From NCBI GenBank assembly GCA_002633005.1, contig NMRA01000666.1, positions 62,001-126,000 of the forward strand: a stretch of 64,000 bases of DNA, read 5' to 3'. Positions 24,460-39,400 of the stretch are shown here, one piece after another. A model generated the notes under the pieces. The model was not told the origin of the DNA and did no database searches. It saw only the letters and a program-made list of their open reading frames with translations. Source of the DNA: Phoronis australis. Its lineage: Eukaryota; Animalia; Phoronida. Position 1 is the stretch's first letter. Every line of letters begins with the position of its first letter. The position numbers and the translations under genes were made by a program.

Positions 24460-27333
24460 AACAATGGGTGACTTAGGATAAACTGGGGCGCGGCGTTGTA
24501 TCCAATGTTTGCAAATAAACGTAAGTCCATTGGCTTGGTTAGGTCTACATATACACATTGTTTTCACAATATGGTTATGCAACGGCAGTATTAGTGTCAA
24601 ACAACTTATTACTTAATTTAAATTGACCCGAGATGATAGGTTTCGAATTTCATATTGAAATTGAAATGTACTCATGGAAACATTAAATGGGCCACTTTAA
24701 AGCAGAATTGCATTCTGTTTTCCTAGTAGGCCCTTGTTATATTAAGATGCTCGACAGCTGCTGTGAACAAAAGCATTGGTCGTTGTAGTTTTGTCGTTAT
24801 TTGCGTGTATTAACAGGAAAATTTAGCTAAAGTGGTAAAAGAATCATGTAATTAAATCCCCCCGGGATAATCATTACAAATCATTTTGCTGTTAACCAAA
24901 TTAGCCGTCATGACAGGTAAAAGGTATTTTGTCTTGACAACTGCAATCACATAGGGCTGGCTTTAACAAGCTGGTGGGGGAAGGAACTGAAATGAAAGAA
25001 AAAACACGGAGACAACTGACCAGTGTCACGAGCAAATCAGGTTTTATTATGAAAATATAATTACGGACTGTTTGACAAATGTTACTGTGAAGTGTGTGTT
25101 CATATAATCTGCAACTGAAGAAAGAAAAACAAAATGATACAATTAAAGTCAAGATTCATTTTTCCATATTCATTTCATGAAAAGGTTGACACTTTGGGCT
25201 TTATTCTTACATAATCACAAACTAATTACAATAAACTCATGCTATAGCCCACTATATATATAAAAATAACATTTTATGAACTCCATATTTACAAATTTCC
25301 AAAAAGACCTGAGTGTTTCTAAAACTCCAGTATTTCGAAGACATGTTACAACTTGGTTTGAGAATTTGCAACTAAAATGCAAATTTAGTACATTGTGATA
25401 TTAAAAAATAAATCTCACACTTTTTGTTATCATTTTAACAAAACAGTAAAAATCATTAAATTATTAAAACTGAAAACAGAGAAATAATAAATAAAACCTA
25501 GAACTAAAATCCTTAAACGTATTTAAAACATAAATAGCTATTCACAGTTTACATATGACAAGTGTATACACACATGCAGGTAAAATAGTTTTAAAAATTT
25601 CTTGCTTGGAAATAGGCAAAATGAAGGAAAAATTCTTGACTAATTCTCATTTACAATAATCATTCTTCAGTTTTCTTTCACGATTCTTGTCATAACTAGA
25701 CAAATTCCCCAAGGTCTCATTAATCCACTTTTAAGAAAACATTTGCAATTTTAACAAAAGTACCATGAGGCATCAAAATGCATATAGAAATGGTATGCTT
25801 CTAGGGGTGTTATTAATCACAAAATATCTACATGTAAAATTCACAGATTACAAGGGGGTGCAGCGCAAGTCAAATTCCTCTGAAACAAGCCAAGTGCTCT
25901 TATCTCTTTGACGGAAATAAAGGAATTTCATAGTATAGTCATATGCAAATACCTAAATCACCACTGGGTGATGCTACACCACTCAAGACTCCTCCTAAAA
26001 TCAACATTGGATGAACTCTCCAAAATTGTACATAGCAAGCATCATAAAGATATGTCAAGGATTTTGGAAGACATTGAGACAAAGACAAAAAATAAATTTG
26101 CCACTAGGGGGCACCACCCGTTAAAAAATCTAGGTCGACTCTGATCATCTCGATAGGAACACAATAAATTTCTGAACGGTCCTTTAAGCACTGTCAGACT
26201 GAGAAACAAACAACACAAACAGAGGCAAAAATAGTAAAATTGGAGCACAGAATACGATGAATTCATCTGAAAAAATGGGTTGATACCTACTTACAGGAAC
26301 CAAAGGAGTTGATAGATTTTGAAGAATATGCAAGGGAAACCTAAATTTCCACTAAGGGGCAGCACAGTAGTTTGACTTGTCCACAAATCAAGGTAAGCTG
26401 TGCTCGTATCAGGTACATGTAAAAAACTGCACAGTACTTAACTTCATTCGAAATTCGCCAGTGCCATCCCATCTCATCGAGGGTTATGGATACATCAGCG
26501 GACACTAGACGCACACCAGACAGAGAACAGCATATTACAATACTTGATGCTATGAAGTTCATAGCAAGATGCTGCATTTGAAGAAACACTAACTGGTCAT
26601 CAATAACAATCCAGTTATGCAACACAGGACACCAGCAATGGTGATTTCTGATTCTGGGAATTATAAGAAAATGCTGTGTTCACATGCTAGTCAAACCATC
26701 GAGTATTTTGGCCTCTCGTACACGTCCAATAACCTACTTCCGGGTTAAGACATACAGTAATAAGTAGAAGCAACACGACTGTTACATCCAGTACAAATTA
26801 GCCGATTAAAGAGTTGGTGGGTTTTTAAACCTTTCTATCAACTGAAAATTATTTGTTTCACGTACATGTGAACTCTGCTGTAGGCAGAGAAAATATGCGA
26901 CCAAAAGCCAGAATTTTTTAAATTGAAAAAGTATTCCTACTCAAGTCTGATCCACTCCATGGGCCGTATCACCATCAAAATGATAGGAATGAGTTCCACA
27001 CACCTGGCCAATCAGATTCTTGTGAAAACTTACATTCTATTAACAGTCCATTAAACAGTAATGTTTTGAAATACACATGTATCTGTAACTTATTCAAAGG
27101 TTTACAGAAAAGAACCAATGAATAATCGTAGTGCAAGCAACCCATCAGATTCCATTTAACTATACACACCCAATTAAACATCAACACAGCAGGTAATTGG
27201 TCAGGAATGGACAGTTCAATTGTTAGTCAATATGTAATCAATAAATGATACCCAGCAGACCAATTAGATTCAATTCCTTTGACTATTCATGCCCTTTGGT
27301 CTTTGGCCCAACAGGACAGCAGCAGTAACACAG

Positions 27334-27485
27334 CTAACGTCTGGTTGCCCCTGGCTTGCCCCAAAACTCATCCCTACGTGATCGAGCCCTTTCCAATGTC
27401 TCGGATGCTAGTGATGAACTGGACGCCAGAGATTGCATTGATGTTGATAGGGTATCATCGTCATCTTCGGCGGGGGATAATTTTG
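27334..27485 (-). CDS. MDM1: MDM1 terminal coding exon 18
   Basis: cag|AKLSPAEDDDDTLSTSMQSLASSSSLASETLERARSRRDEFWGKPGATRR*. Confidence 0.9.
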
Positions 27486-30400
27486 CTGTTGTAAGAAAAT
27501 ACCGTATTGGTAAAATGTTCGACAGAAACTTGACAGATGACCCAACCTTGGGTGGTATAACCTTTACTACTGCAGGATGCTTGTAGGAATTGGCAAAATT
27601 TAGCAGAGAAGAAAATTTAAGGCTACTTTCCAAACCATCTATTCAACAGATTCTTTTCATCAAGGTTCCTACAGGGTTTTTGCTTTAATTTATGCTTGAC
27701 AAGTTTTTATGCAATTATCACCTTTTTGTAAATTTCTACCAAAGTTACATTCCACCCTGTTTAGCTGGCTAAAAAGGAAATCAAATTAAGCCTATCAGTC
27801 TCATAAAATCTGTCTCAAAATATGGCTCACTTTCATAACAACACAGAGACCATCGTTGAATCAAGAAAACTTCAGACTGAATACGGGTTGGCCAATCTTA
27901 TATTTTGAACTTGAAAATGGTGCACGTACGCATTGCCTTTGACTTGATTTGGAATCCGAAATGGAATCCTATCGCGATAACATATACGAAGAGACCAATT
28001 ATAAGAAGGTAAAAGGCTTAATTCGACAGGTACACGGAAGGAAATGCAGCTTTCAGTATAATTTGTATTTTGAATGATTTGCAAGCGACTCGTTCACATT
28101 AACAAAGAAATAAGTCGGACATCAACAAAATTTATTACCAACAGCTAGTCAAACATTCTATTTCCTGATGAAACAAACCACAGTGTAAAGTAAGGTTCAG
28201 AGGTCATGGTCTATGAGTTGCACCAGCAATCTTGCTCTCGCAGAAGTCATTAGAAGTTTGACCAATTTGTGAAGGAAGATTGACTTTGTCCAATAAGAAC
28301 CTACCAAGATCGTCCCTAGTGATGCCGCGATTGGGAGGACTGATGAATGTCTGACCCATTCCTTCATCTATATTGTCCAGTTGCCATCTCTGAGGCATCG
28401 CGGACAGGGGTCGACCATAGGCACTACCAGAATTAGGTCGCTCACGAACTAAAATCAAATCCAGAAACACTTCTCAATAAAAGTACACAATAATCCTATG
28501 AAAATGTTGAACCCACAGGCAGCACCACCTATGAAAACAATTGTTTCATTTCATTTCAATTCTTTTAATATGACAAACTTGGGCTCCTATTAACACAGGG
28601 TAAAGACATGACCAAATGCTTATCTCCAATTCTTTCAAAGTAAAGATTCAACACTGCTAACTTGATTTGTTCCAGTGTGACGTTTGCGACTTCAGATTGA
28701 CCTAATTAGTACCATTCTCGACTTCAGTGATCTCCCATACTTCAACACGTATGTGTACTGTCACCATTCTTAAACCTTGGTCTTTTATACAACCATGATG
28801 ATCCAGATTAAGAACACAATGAAACATAGGGGATATAGCAATATTGAAGATGGGTAGGCACTATTCAAAATATACCCAATGTTACTCAAGCTAAAAGTGC
28901 AATCTGGTTAATGATACTGTAAAGTAGTTCAAACTTTATAAATGAAGTTTAACCCTTATCCTGCTAAGCCTCTATTCAGACAACTTTCCCTGTGTGCTAA
29001 GCTAAGTAGGTCACCACTGCTGCTATGCACTGGGCTGTTATGAAGGTCACTCAGATTAATGACCTAACATTTTTAAATTGGAAATTTGAAGGGGTAATGT
29101 CAATTTCACATAAAAGTAGTCTGCACAAAAGTTGTTCAGAATTTAATGGAGTTTTTCACCATATACATATCTTTACCATCGTCTTGCTGTGAATAATTCT
29201 ATTAACTTTCAAACTGGACACCCTTTGTTTTTATCTGTTTTCGCACATGAGAACATTATAGCTGACACTCAAAAACCGTAATAAGCATTTTTAAAAGGGA
29301 ATTCATGGGATTTGCATGTTTAACAAAGCAGATTTATTGTTTGTAACATCACATCTACAAACAAGAATGTACAGTATATAACATAGGGCCTACCTCAACT
29401 TTGCACGATAACAAATTTATGAGTGGTGCAGTCGCTTGCTAAAGTCTGTTTTGAAGTTCACCTTGACATGCAAAAACTTGAATCACGGGTGGGGACACAA
29501 AGCTATTCTGTGAAAAAGTCACAAAAATATCTAGTTCTGAATGAGTTCCATCATGCGCGAATGGCGTGAGCCAAGCATCGTCGTAGGCCCGTCCAAGTTC
29601 AGCTTCAGGGACCGGTAACTCCTCCAAAATTGCACTGAGATCCGAATCGATAGAATCTGCATTACTTGTGACTGTTGTATTAGTTTCCCAGTCACTGTCA
29701 CCGTCACTTTGAGTGCCAATTCCAGCTTGTTTTCACTATCTGAGTCCATGAACACTTCCTCAAGAAACTGGTCAACAGTCATCTTACCACGTTTGGCACC
29801 AGCCAAGATAAAACTTGCGTAAACTTTCAAATATCTCGGCAACAACTCACCACAGCCATATGTTGTAAATCAGAAAAATGTACAGGAAACTATGGACTGT
29901 GGAATGCGCATGCTCACATAAATAAACAGCATACGGGGCTTTCACAATTTCTGAATGAAAAACACCAGTGTCCTGGGGTGAGTACACCCTCCTTGCGCAG
30001 TCTAGCCGTAGCTTCTTATAGGCGATTGAGTACACCCAACGCATTTTAGTAGGATAATTGGCTTGTCGGCTGACCTCGCCTAGCGCAGGATAAGGGTTAA
30101 AACGGCAAGTGGGCTGGATCAAGATTGGTTGAATTCAGCAATAAATTAGTCTGCTTAACAGAAATGAAGCATTGCGGCTTCAGAAGAGGCTTACCTGCAC
30201 CCTGTTTACTGCTAGGACTGTGTACAAACTGCGTCTTCAGAGGAATATCATAGGGAGCCCCTTCATCCAGTAGCTCGTGTGTGTCTTGAGTGGGCATGCC
30301 TAGAGTGGGTGAGGTTCCTGATTGGCGGGTCTCAGGCACGTAGGATGAGCGAACTGATGGCTGGAAATAGATAATTCCCTGAGACTAGCCATAGCGTAAG

Positions 30401-33400
30401 GATCATTAGTCCCGGAGAGACAGACTAGACATGTTGTACAGGAGTAACACTAACAACTAGATCTTCAGACTGGACACAATACTAACTCCCCATGGCACAG
30501 TTATAGGCAGACACATGGCAACAAGTCAGGGGTGAGTTTTATCAAAGGTTGAATGTAAATTTGGTCAGAGCTAGGACACTGGTGCATATATTTTTGCAAA
30601 GGCAGGGTTACTATTTTGAAAGAGTGGAATTAATGAATTGCTGAGAATGAAAATTTAAGAAATGATCATTTTAGCTAAGACATGACTGAGGACCTTTGAT
30701 AAAATGGAGTCTAGGAGCTTGTGTATATAACATAGTGAGGATTGGCAAACTGAATCCCTGTCTCTTTCTTTGAGTTCAAAGGTCAACTTGGTTACTGTCA
30801 GTATTTCATGCTTACTTTAAAAGAGGAAAATTTCAAGCCCTGTAGTCCAAAACATCAGTGAGATTTTATGATTAGACAGAATATTGAACTTACGCAACTG
30901 GGACACTGAGTCGATGGGTTCCCTGATGACATAGTAGCCACGTCGGAAAGACGAGACCGAGACGAGTCCGGAGGTAGAGTGAGTGGGGGTACAGAACTGG
31001 CCGACTAGAGGTAAGAGTGACAGAAAAGTGAAAAGAAGACGGGAAGACGGAAAACAGTGTCCCAATGAGCAGCAGAGCAGCTTGAACAGAATGCTTAAAT
31101 AATTGATAGATGAGAGAGATATGAAAGAAGGGCAGAGGATGTAGGAAGATATGTGTAAAGCTGCTCTGGTGTTCTAATTGAATTAGAAAAGATGTGAAAA
31201 ACTGAACAAAAGTCAATAAACGTGCAAAAAATCATACTTTGAAATTTATATCCTTATATTGCAAACTACTGGTATTTGCACGCCACTGTAGTCCCCCTAC
31301 TGCTGTATAAGACAAGTCACGTGCAGACACTGTGAGGTAATAGTCACTTACAGGGGCACAGTATTTTGAGAACCAGTTTTCTCCACTGAATAACATGCAT
31401 CAAACTGGTTCTCAAAATGTGGGACCACTGTAAGTGATTATTGCCCAACGTGCCACATCTGTGTTTGGGTTGTTGGAGTAAGCATTCACATCATAAAGTG
31501 CTTCAAGTAACCATCAAATCCTTGCTTGAATAAATGAACGATGAACACAGGCATGAGTATGGCATGTATCCACATGTATCTGCGGAAAGTGGCATATTGA
31601 TATCAGGGAAGGAACTGTACTCATTTCATGCGCAGTACTTATAAGTTTTACTGCACGTTCATTTACAACAACGGTTTCATAAAATATACGCACTGGTCAT
31701 ATCTCAATATTGTGGGAAGGTTGGTAGCATGGGCTGCCCAAGTACAAGGCCATCGGGCAAGTGACCACGAGGACAAAAATCTCCGCAAATAGACAAGGTA
31801 GCGATAACTTATCCCACTTGCTCAAGCTATAGCAATTTACCCAGATCAACTTGTACCAGGGTAAAAAGCCTGACATGTGGACAGAGAGAAGGTGAAGAGT
31901 GAAATANATTGGAAGCTATACACTAGCGGAACATGACAGACAGTCGGTCACCTTACTCTTACAGAGCTGCCAACCCACATAATTTGTATCCTTCAGACTA
32001 AAAATCTGTATTTTGTGGGCACAAACTGGCAGGACTTCTTTAGAAAGTTTAAATTTCACTTACAAGACATCGTGATCGTCAAAACAAATTTCAATTTAAA
32101 ATCATGTTCATACAGGTGAACATCATTAAAAACTTGGCTTGTCAAGTTGCTATGTTGTACCCAGCTAGAGGGATTTCTCCTCACCTAACACGTTTGTCAT
32201 GTGAACGCTCTGCTTTCGAGGGCATACTGTGTCAACTAGCTGTTTGAACACGCTGCAAAACACAAAGCTGTAGTTGACCAGTAAATAAACTGTTCACTAA
32301 CCCGTTTTGTTTCCCTTATCTGCGGTTTAGGTCGCAGTAGACTCGTCTCCATCGGAGCGCTGCTGGATTCACTGCTCTCATCACTGTATCGGCGGTAGTA
32401 TGGTCCTCCGGGAATGTGTGATGGCTTGCTGAGGCGTTCTGAAGGAACCAAAGCAACAATGACAGTTCAAATTCAATAAAACTAAATGTAAAATGAAGTT
32501 AAAACAACTCAACGAAAGTACAATATATGTGCCCAATCTGTCAACTGATATAAATTAGACATCATTTTTTAACAGAAGACAAACCAGTAATTGATCAACA
32601 TTTGTTTTTGAATCTCCCTAAGATAGTGTTTCGACAGCTCTATTATATAATATTACTAGTACATTCACAAATGCCAAAGACAGACAAAACATACACATCA
32701 GTGACCTTGTCTACTACATGTAACTTGAGGTAACGGTTCACATGAATGAAACGCTTAAGTCCTACTTAAATCTTAATGACCCCAGCATTAAAAAGGAAGT
32801 TTGAGTACGAACTCAAAATCTCGAATTAAAACTTGAGTTTGTATTCTAATCTAGGGGTTATAAAGTGCTCATTTGCACTGCAGACCCATCTGCTTAAATA
32901 ATGATATACTCGGGCAAACAATCAGACAGTTTCGAAAAGTGTCAAAGATGCAACGACCAAAACAGCATTTAAATATCCATCTTTTCGACTACAATGTTAC
33001 AACTACTGCAAACTCTCAACAAAATCTCAACCAGTGTGGCTCTGTACATTTTGTCAAAATCTCAACAAAATGCCTAGGAAATCCAATTACAAATACACAA
33101 ATAGCAGCTAAGTGCTACAGTGTTGCATTAAACTTTGACTTAAGTTCGATAAAAATGGCATTTCATTGCCACAAATATTTGACAAAATTGCCAAATAAGT
33201 CTGGCAAGCAGTTCGTCCAAGTTTTGCTGAGTGTGACAGTATGTTGAAGTCTGTAGAGCAGAAGAGGTGTTAAGTGCTGAGATCAGACACTAGGCCCTGG
33301 TGGATTAACCAGATAAATGCCTTCATGTGAACACAGCATTAACCATTCTCACTCAGTAACTAGGATCATCACCATACTTGCCTGGTCGTGGTGCCTGCTG

Positions 33401-36400
33401 AGATTGAGAAGTCGACCTGACGGGTCGAAGGTCACTACTGCTGGTAATGGGGTCCTTACGATATGTTATCCCTGCTGGAGGTCTGAAGTCTGAAGTAGGA
33501 ATTTAACAGTACGATCAGAGGTGGTTGTGATTAGGAAACAAAGCACGGTCACAGAACCACGAAACACCAGTCTCGTGATTCACCATTTTTGCAGATTTCA
33601 AAACACTTAAAGCATCAAGTCAGAAGAATCCTCATTTGTAAGACTAAATACGTTAAAAGGCCATATCTTACACAAGCTTGTCCGATATTATTCAAGTCTA
33701 GCCACTTCCAAAGATTTTTATGCAAGCTTATTCAAGGTTTTGGAGAAGTACGATTTTTATTGCATGATAAGGACATAAAATATAATCATTGGCTATCATG
33801 ACTGGCATGCGCCAAACTCATTTCCAAACGTGGGCCACATTGTAAAAAAATAAAAATGAAAATGCCTACTTCAGCTGGCATCAGGTGACACTTAGGACAA
33901 ACTAGAGCCTCGACCAAGACTAATGTGGTCACATTATCACATTAAAGCCACTAGCTTGACCGACCGTCTCCAACCAACCTGCACTCTGTTTCTGTTGTTT
34001 CCCCTTAGGCGGGGGTGACACCAGTATGGCACCGCCTGTGGCGGGGGTGGTCACGTCCAGGTGGTGACGTCGTGTTTCTCCCGTTTGTTTTAGCTCTGGT
34101 GTCGGTATACGTCCATCATCGTCACTATTAATAAGAGTGGATTCACTAGAGCCTGGAGTCGATGCAGTCGATGTCTTGCCACTGAAGCTACTGAAAAACA
34201 AGGAAGTCATAATTGGTCATTACTTTTCACAATGACAAATTATAAGGATTCAAGGTCATGTACAGCCTTAGAAAAATTACAAACTTGGCTTAACTATTAC
34301 TCTGTTTTGACAAGGTTATCCAAGGGAAAATAATATGTTAATCACTGTGTCAGTTACACTGGTAAATATAGCGAAATCACTACTGAGAAACTAAAATTGA
34401 CGGATGGTAGCAGACGTTTCAGGCTAGTCCGTCAGGCCTTGTCGATGACTGGAGTATATGGAGTATATCCTGCCATACGCTTGAGGACACATAATTGAAC
34501 ACCACAGTCCCGATTCAGAGACCATTGGATTCTGATTTTGAAAGAAAGGAATCTATCAAAATCAGGATCCAGCGCCCTTCTTTTGAATTGTGGCTGTAAT
34601 GTTCAATTATCTCTCTTCTGCAGTGACATCCTTATTAAGCATACAGCAGGAATACAGATACTCCAGTCATCGACAAGGACCTGACGGATAAGGCTGAAAC
34701 CTCTGCTACCATCCGTCAGTTTTAGTCTCTCAGTAAGTGACTGCTATATCTACAAACTTTAACGTTACCAAAGCCCCTGAAGGGGCGTTTTGTACAATTA
34801 AGTAAGGGGCAGTAATACATATAGGCTGCTTTGGTGTATAAATAAAGCCTATTGCAAATGCTTTGCTTCACGCAGTGTCACGATTAACGAAGCGCAAAAA
34901 ATTAATATGTTTAATTCATACTTCCAAAACCAGTATTATCTCGCCACAAGACCCCCCATGTCCAGCACCCCACCATCAATGTTTACCTGACAGAGTCTGT
35001 CTCGCCCCAGGCCAACTTGCGCTTCACGTCTTCGCGTGTCCTATTGACAGAGGACGGTTTACTTTGTGCAGGCTTTGGGGCCGCAGCTGGCTTGTCGACA
35101 CTATCAGGTTTCGCAGCCTTTAAGGCATGGTTATTGTTGCTGCAAAGTAACAGGCAGACACATGAAGCAGAAATGGAAAATGTAAGTAATGGTACAATAT
35201 GCAAACACATGACACTACCGCACGGTGTTTGCCCAAAGTAGTGGTTTTGCATCACTTGAAGCAATGAAGCTAAAAGAAATAAGTTAGGTTCCCGGGTTCG
35301 TCGCCTTGAATTCAATTCGCATTAGGAAATCCTTGCACCAGCATGGGTATACACATTTATAGGCTTCTTGCAGGTTCTCATTTTTAATGTTTTTCAAAGA
35401 TTAATCGTGAAGTTGACTCTTTCACTGCCAATGTAGGCTTTTGGAGAATTCACAAACAACTCGCCTGTCTCCGGTTTGTCTATTTTTAGATGTACAAGCA
35501 GGGGCGCTAATAACACTTCATGACGTCATACGATCACTTTCGTTTGACAGAATAAATTGTTGAAAAAGTGATTTTTTCTCAAAATTTAGCACAGTTTGTT
35601 TACACTGACTTGTCTCCACTGCTTGGATGAAAGTTAAGGCACCAAGATCTTCGGTCGACAATGTACACCGAAAATTGTTCATGGTTTGGACTCAAAGTAA
35701 ATTTAAACTGTCTGAAACTGCACAAAAGCATTCATTACCATATAGAATTGTCACGTTTCATTTAGTTGACCTGGCCATAGTTGTTTTCACCTACAATTGC
35801 GAATACCTTGCAATTATTAATTTCCTCAAAACTTTACTAGCACTGAGATGTGCATCTCACTCTTGAAAACTTGGTAGTGGATGAGTTCAATTTAATTACA
35901 ACATTCATGAATTTGTGATAAAGACAAGGTCAAAGAGGTCAAAGAGGCTGTGCATACCTGACATTGGCAACACCAGCCGATTCCAACGACAATGCAGACA
36001 GCGACGCATTGGAGCTGACCTCATCCCAGAGTTCCGCTTGCCTTGCCAGAAGCTGCGCGACGTGCTCTCGCGAGAAGTGTGTACCCAGAGACCTCTTGCG
36101 GTACTCATCGGCTTTATTCCTAAGTTCCAACACCTCCGCATACCAGTTAGAGACGGGCGGAATAGCTTCCGGGTCGGCCAAGTTTTCCTGAAAAACAACA
36201 ACTCTGTTTCGCCTCACAGTTGAGATAAATGCGCGAGATAGCAGTGTTCCAGCAGGATTAACCGTAATGACAGTAGCAACAACAGAACGTCAATTACAAT
36301 AATCACCTAATTCTTGTAGGGTAGACCAACATGTTTCGTGCTTTCGATTAAATTTCTTATAAGAGTAATTGGATCATGGTTAGGTAATAATTTCCAAAGA

Positions 36401-39400
36401 CGTGAACCAAGTTGGGCACCAGACTGAAAAATTTGATAAAGGTTGAGACCATTAGTGTATAGCCATGGTTGATATGACAATTCAATCACAAACTGAGCAT
36501 GGTGGCTGAAATTTGAGCGTGGTGGTCAAATTGAGCATGGAAGCCCAGAATGCAAAAAACCTCTAGCGAGAATTGTAGAGATTGGGTCTTGAGTTTCTTT
36601 TTGTTCAAGTCACACCTACGAACAGCTACATGCAGAAAACATGAGCATTTGCTACAAGTCAAGTTTGATCTGTGAGTACACGCTTCACATGAATAAATAG
36701 AAAAAGAATGTTTGAGTTTCAAGCACCGAAAGCAGTAATTTACTACTTAAACAAATTTCTACAACGGTGTTTTTACCAGCACCGTGTCAGGGATACCTGA
36801 GAGTGAACATGAGGTGGCGCTGCTCCCTTCCAGGCCCCGCCTTCGTACTTGAACTTGGCCGGTGGATTGTAATTGGATTTGTACTCCGTTTTCCACTTTC
36901 TGTGAAAGAAATGCAGCTTCAGTAACAAGAATGACAACCGGGGGCAGCTCTCACAACAATTTTAGAAAACAATCATCACTCTAACCACTTCCTCTATCGT
37001 ATGGCAATTCTTCACCTATCTAGCAAATACTATGGAGGACGAATTCTATAATTGTAAAAATTGTCCACTAAAATAAAGATTTAGAGAACAGCTACGTAAT
37101 TATGATTTTGTACATGAACATGTCAATTTCAATATGGGGTGGAAAATATGTTGCAAACATTTTATGTCTTGTCAGCACGCCACCTGTTGGTTGTGTGATG
37201 CGGCCAACAGATGGTGTGCTGACAAGACTATGATTTTGGTTAGTATGTAAAGTAATCAGCCTTTGAAAAATGCCCACGGACTGTTCACACACAGGCACTG
37301 CATTTTACATTCACGGTTTTCTTTTCTTTACAAAAACAACGTTCACATGCTTGTGCAGATGAGACATCTAATCAGAGAGTAACATGGTCACATCAATAGA
37401 CTTGAAATTGCCAGGTCATGTGATGTGGTCATGTGACCTTGATGACGTACGTACTTTATTCAAGCAAATAGTAACAGAGTCAACAATATTACTTAAAGAA
37501 GCATTATTAGCGGGAAAAGAGAGTTCTAAAATCAGCTTCAGTGTGAAATTGAACCTGGCTGGATCCCATGGTCATAGCCTAATGCTGTACAGGCAGAGTT
37601 AAATCCCAGTCCATAAATGATAAGAGTACTTTAAGCGTATTTAACTGGTGTCATCATCTCCCCTGATTTCACCAACTGCTTGGCAGGCAACAACAATTGG
37701 TGATTCGTAATAAAATTACAATTACACCACGAATTTTGCCGTTTTATACCTCTGTCAAAGTGAATAATTTCAAGAAGTCTATCTCATCCAATAATAAGCC
37801 CAAAAATTTGTCTTTCCGCCATCACACCAATAATGCCTCTTATAGATAATAATTGTTTTAACACCTCACAGACCTGTGCTTGCCATGTGGTGCATGGAAC
37901 TTGAGGGGATTTTGAGCCTCCTTAATCAGACGTCGCTCTTCCTCAGACCTTGGCACAAGCTCTGCCTCACTCTTGCTCCTCTTCAACTGTGAAAAAGTAG
38001 ACGACATCCCGTGACCCACACATTCAACGTGGCAAATACCAATTTGAACACTTTTAACTTTATAGCTAAACTCTTGTTTTTTTTTGGATGAAAAGATATT
38101 AACTAAGGTTTAGTTTTTAAAATAACTGCGCAATTTTTCAAAATTTGGCGATGTTTTGAGGAACAAAACTGTGACAATTAGTTCTTTTAGACTAGGACAC
38201 GTTTCAACTTGGGCTAACTTTCTACAAAATCTCGACAAAAATGTTGCGAGACGCACTCCGTGAAAATCGCAACAATATACCTCGAAGTATATTTAAAAAA
38301 ACAGAGCACAATAGCTTCACTTTAAAACTCTGCCTAAATTCCGATAGAAATGTCAATTTACAGCCACAAAAGTTTGACTTAACTGATAAAAGTGTGATAG
38401 TCTAATAGAGTTCAGTGAAAGTCTGTCTAGTTTATTTTGAAAACTACTGCATAGAGAGCTTGATTTGAGAGTGATACAGAAGCTGAGAAACCTGGGGCTA
38501 CCATTAATTTTCGAAACATCTTCATCTAGCGCTAATCCTAATATTCCAAGTTACAACAAAATTACGAAGCAACTAGAACAAGGAAAATTAGATGTAATTT
38601 ATAGGGCATCAGCCGGTAAAGCAGTTTAAAAATATTCTTACCAACATTTTTGGCATGTGCTTTAAAAACTAATGAAGAGATTGATGAATCCAAATTGCAA
38701 AGATGGCACAGCGTTAACACTTCAAATGCCACATCTTCACATCAGGCAATTTAAAGAAGGAAGATCAAGAATAAGGAAATCATTCTCATATCAATATCAT
38801 TTTAATATCAATATCGTTCCAATATCAATATCGTTCTAATATCAATATCGTTCTCATATCAATATCATTCCTATATCAATATCGTTCACATATCAATATC
38901 ATTCTCATATCAATATCATTCTTATATCAGTATCATTCTCACATCAATGTCATTCTATATATCAATAAGACGATCTAATGCTTTAACATATTTTCACAAG
39001 TGGGGTTTATCAATGTTTACCTTTGCATTTGTGGCACTGTTATTAATGTTTTCCTGGACTGGCTTGGAGTACAAATGCCATGGCCTGAACTGTCGATTGT
39101 ACTCGGTTTCCTTGGAGAACAGGTCGGACTTACTGGGGCTAAGGTTGGAGTGGGAGCCGTAGACCACCTGAGCAATGAAACAGAGACAATAGAAAACTCT
39201 AATCAATTGAGGATGTAAAAATAACAAACAAGGGAAACTTCATCTTTCATTTTTTGTAAATAAAGTCAGAAGCACGAAAAATGTGATTTTTACATTCTAC
39301 ACTCCAGTTTCCATCTCAGGTTTTTGAGAAATTGTAAAACTTTACAAAAATTGTAGAAGCTTTTGGAAAATGAAATATCATCCTAGTCTTAAATTAGAGT

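Noticed and set aside
38779-38966. Regular short repeats that could be mistaken for a CRISPR array
   Set aside because: Contiguous 17-bp units with no unique spacers, in a eukaryotic intron, with no cas genes.
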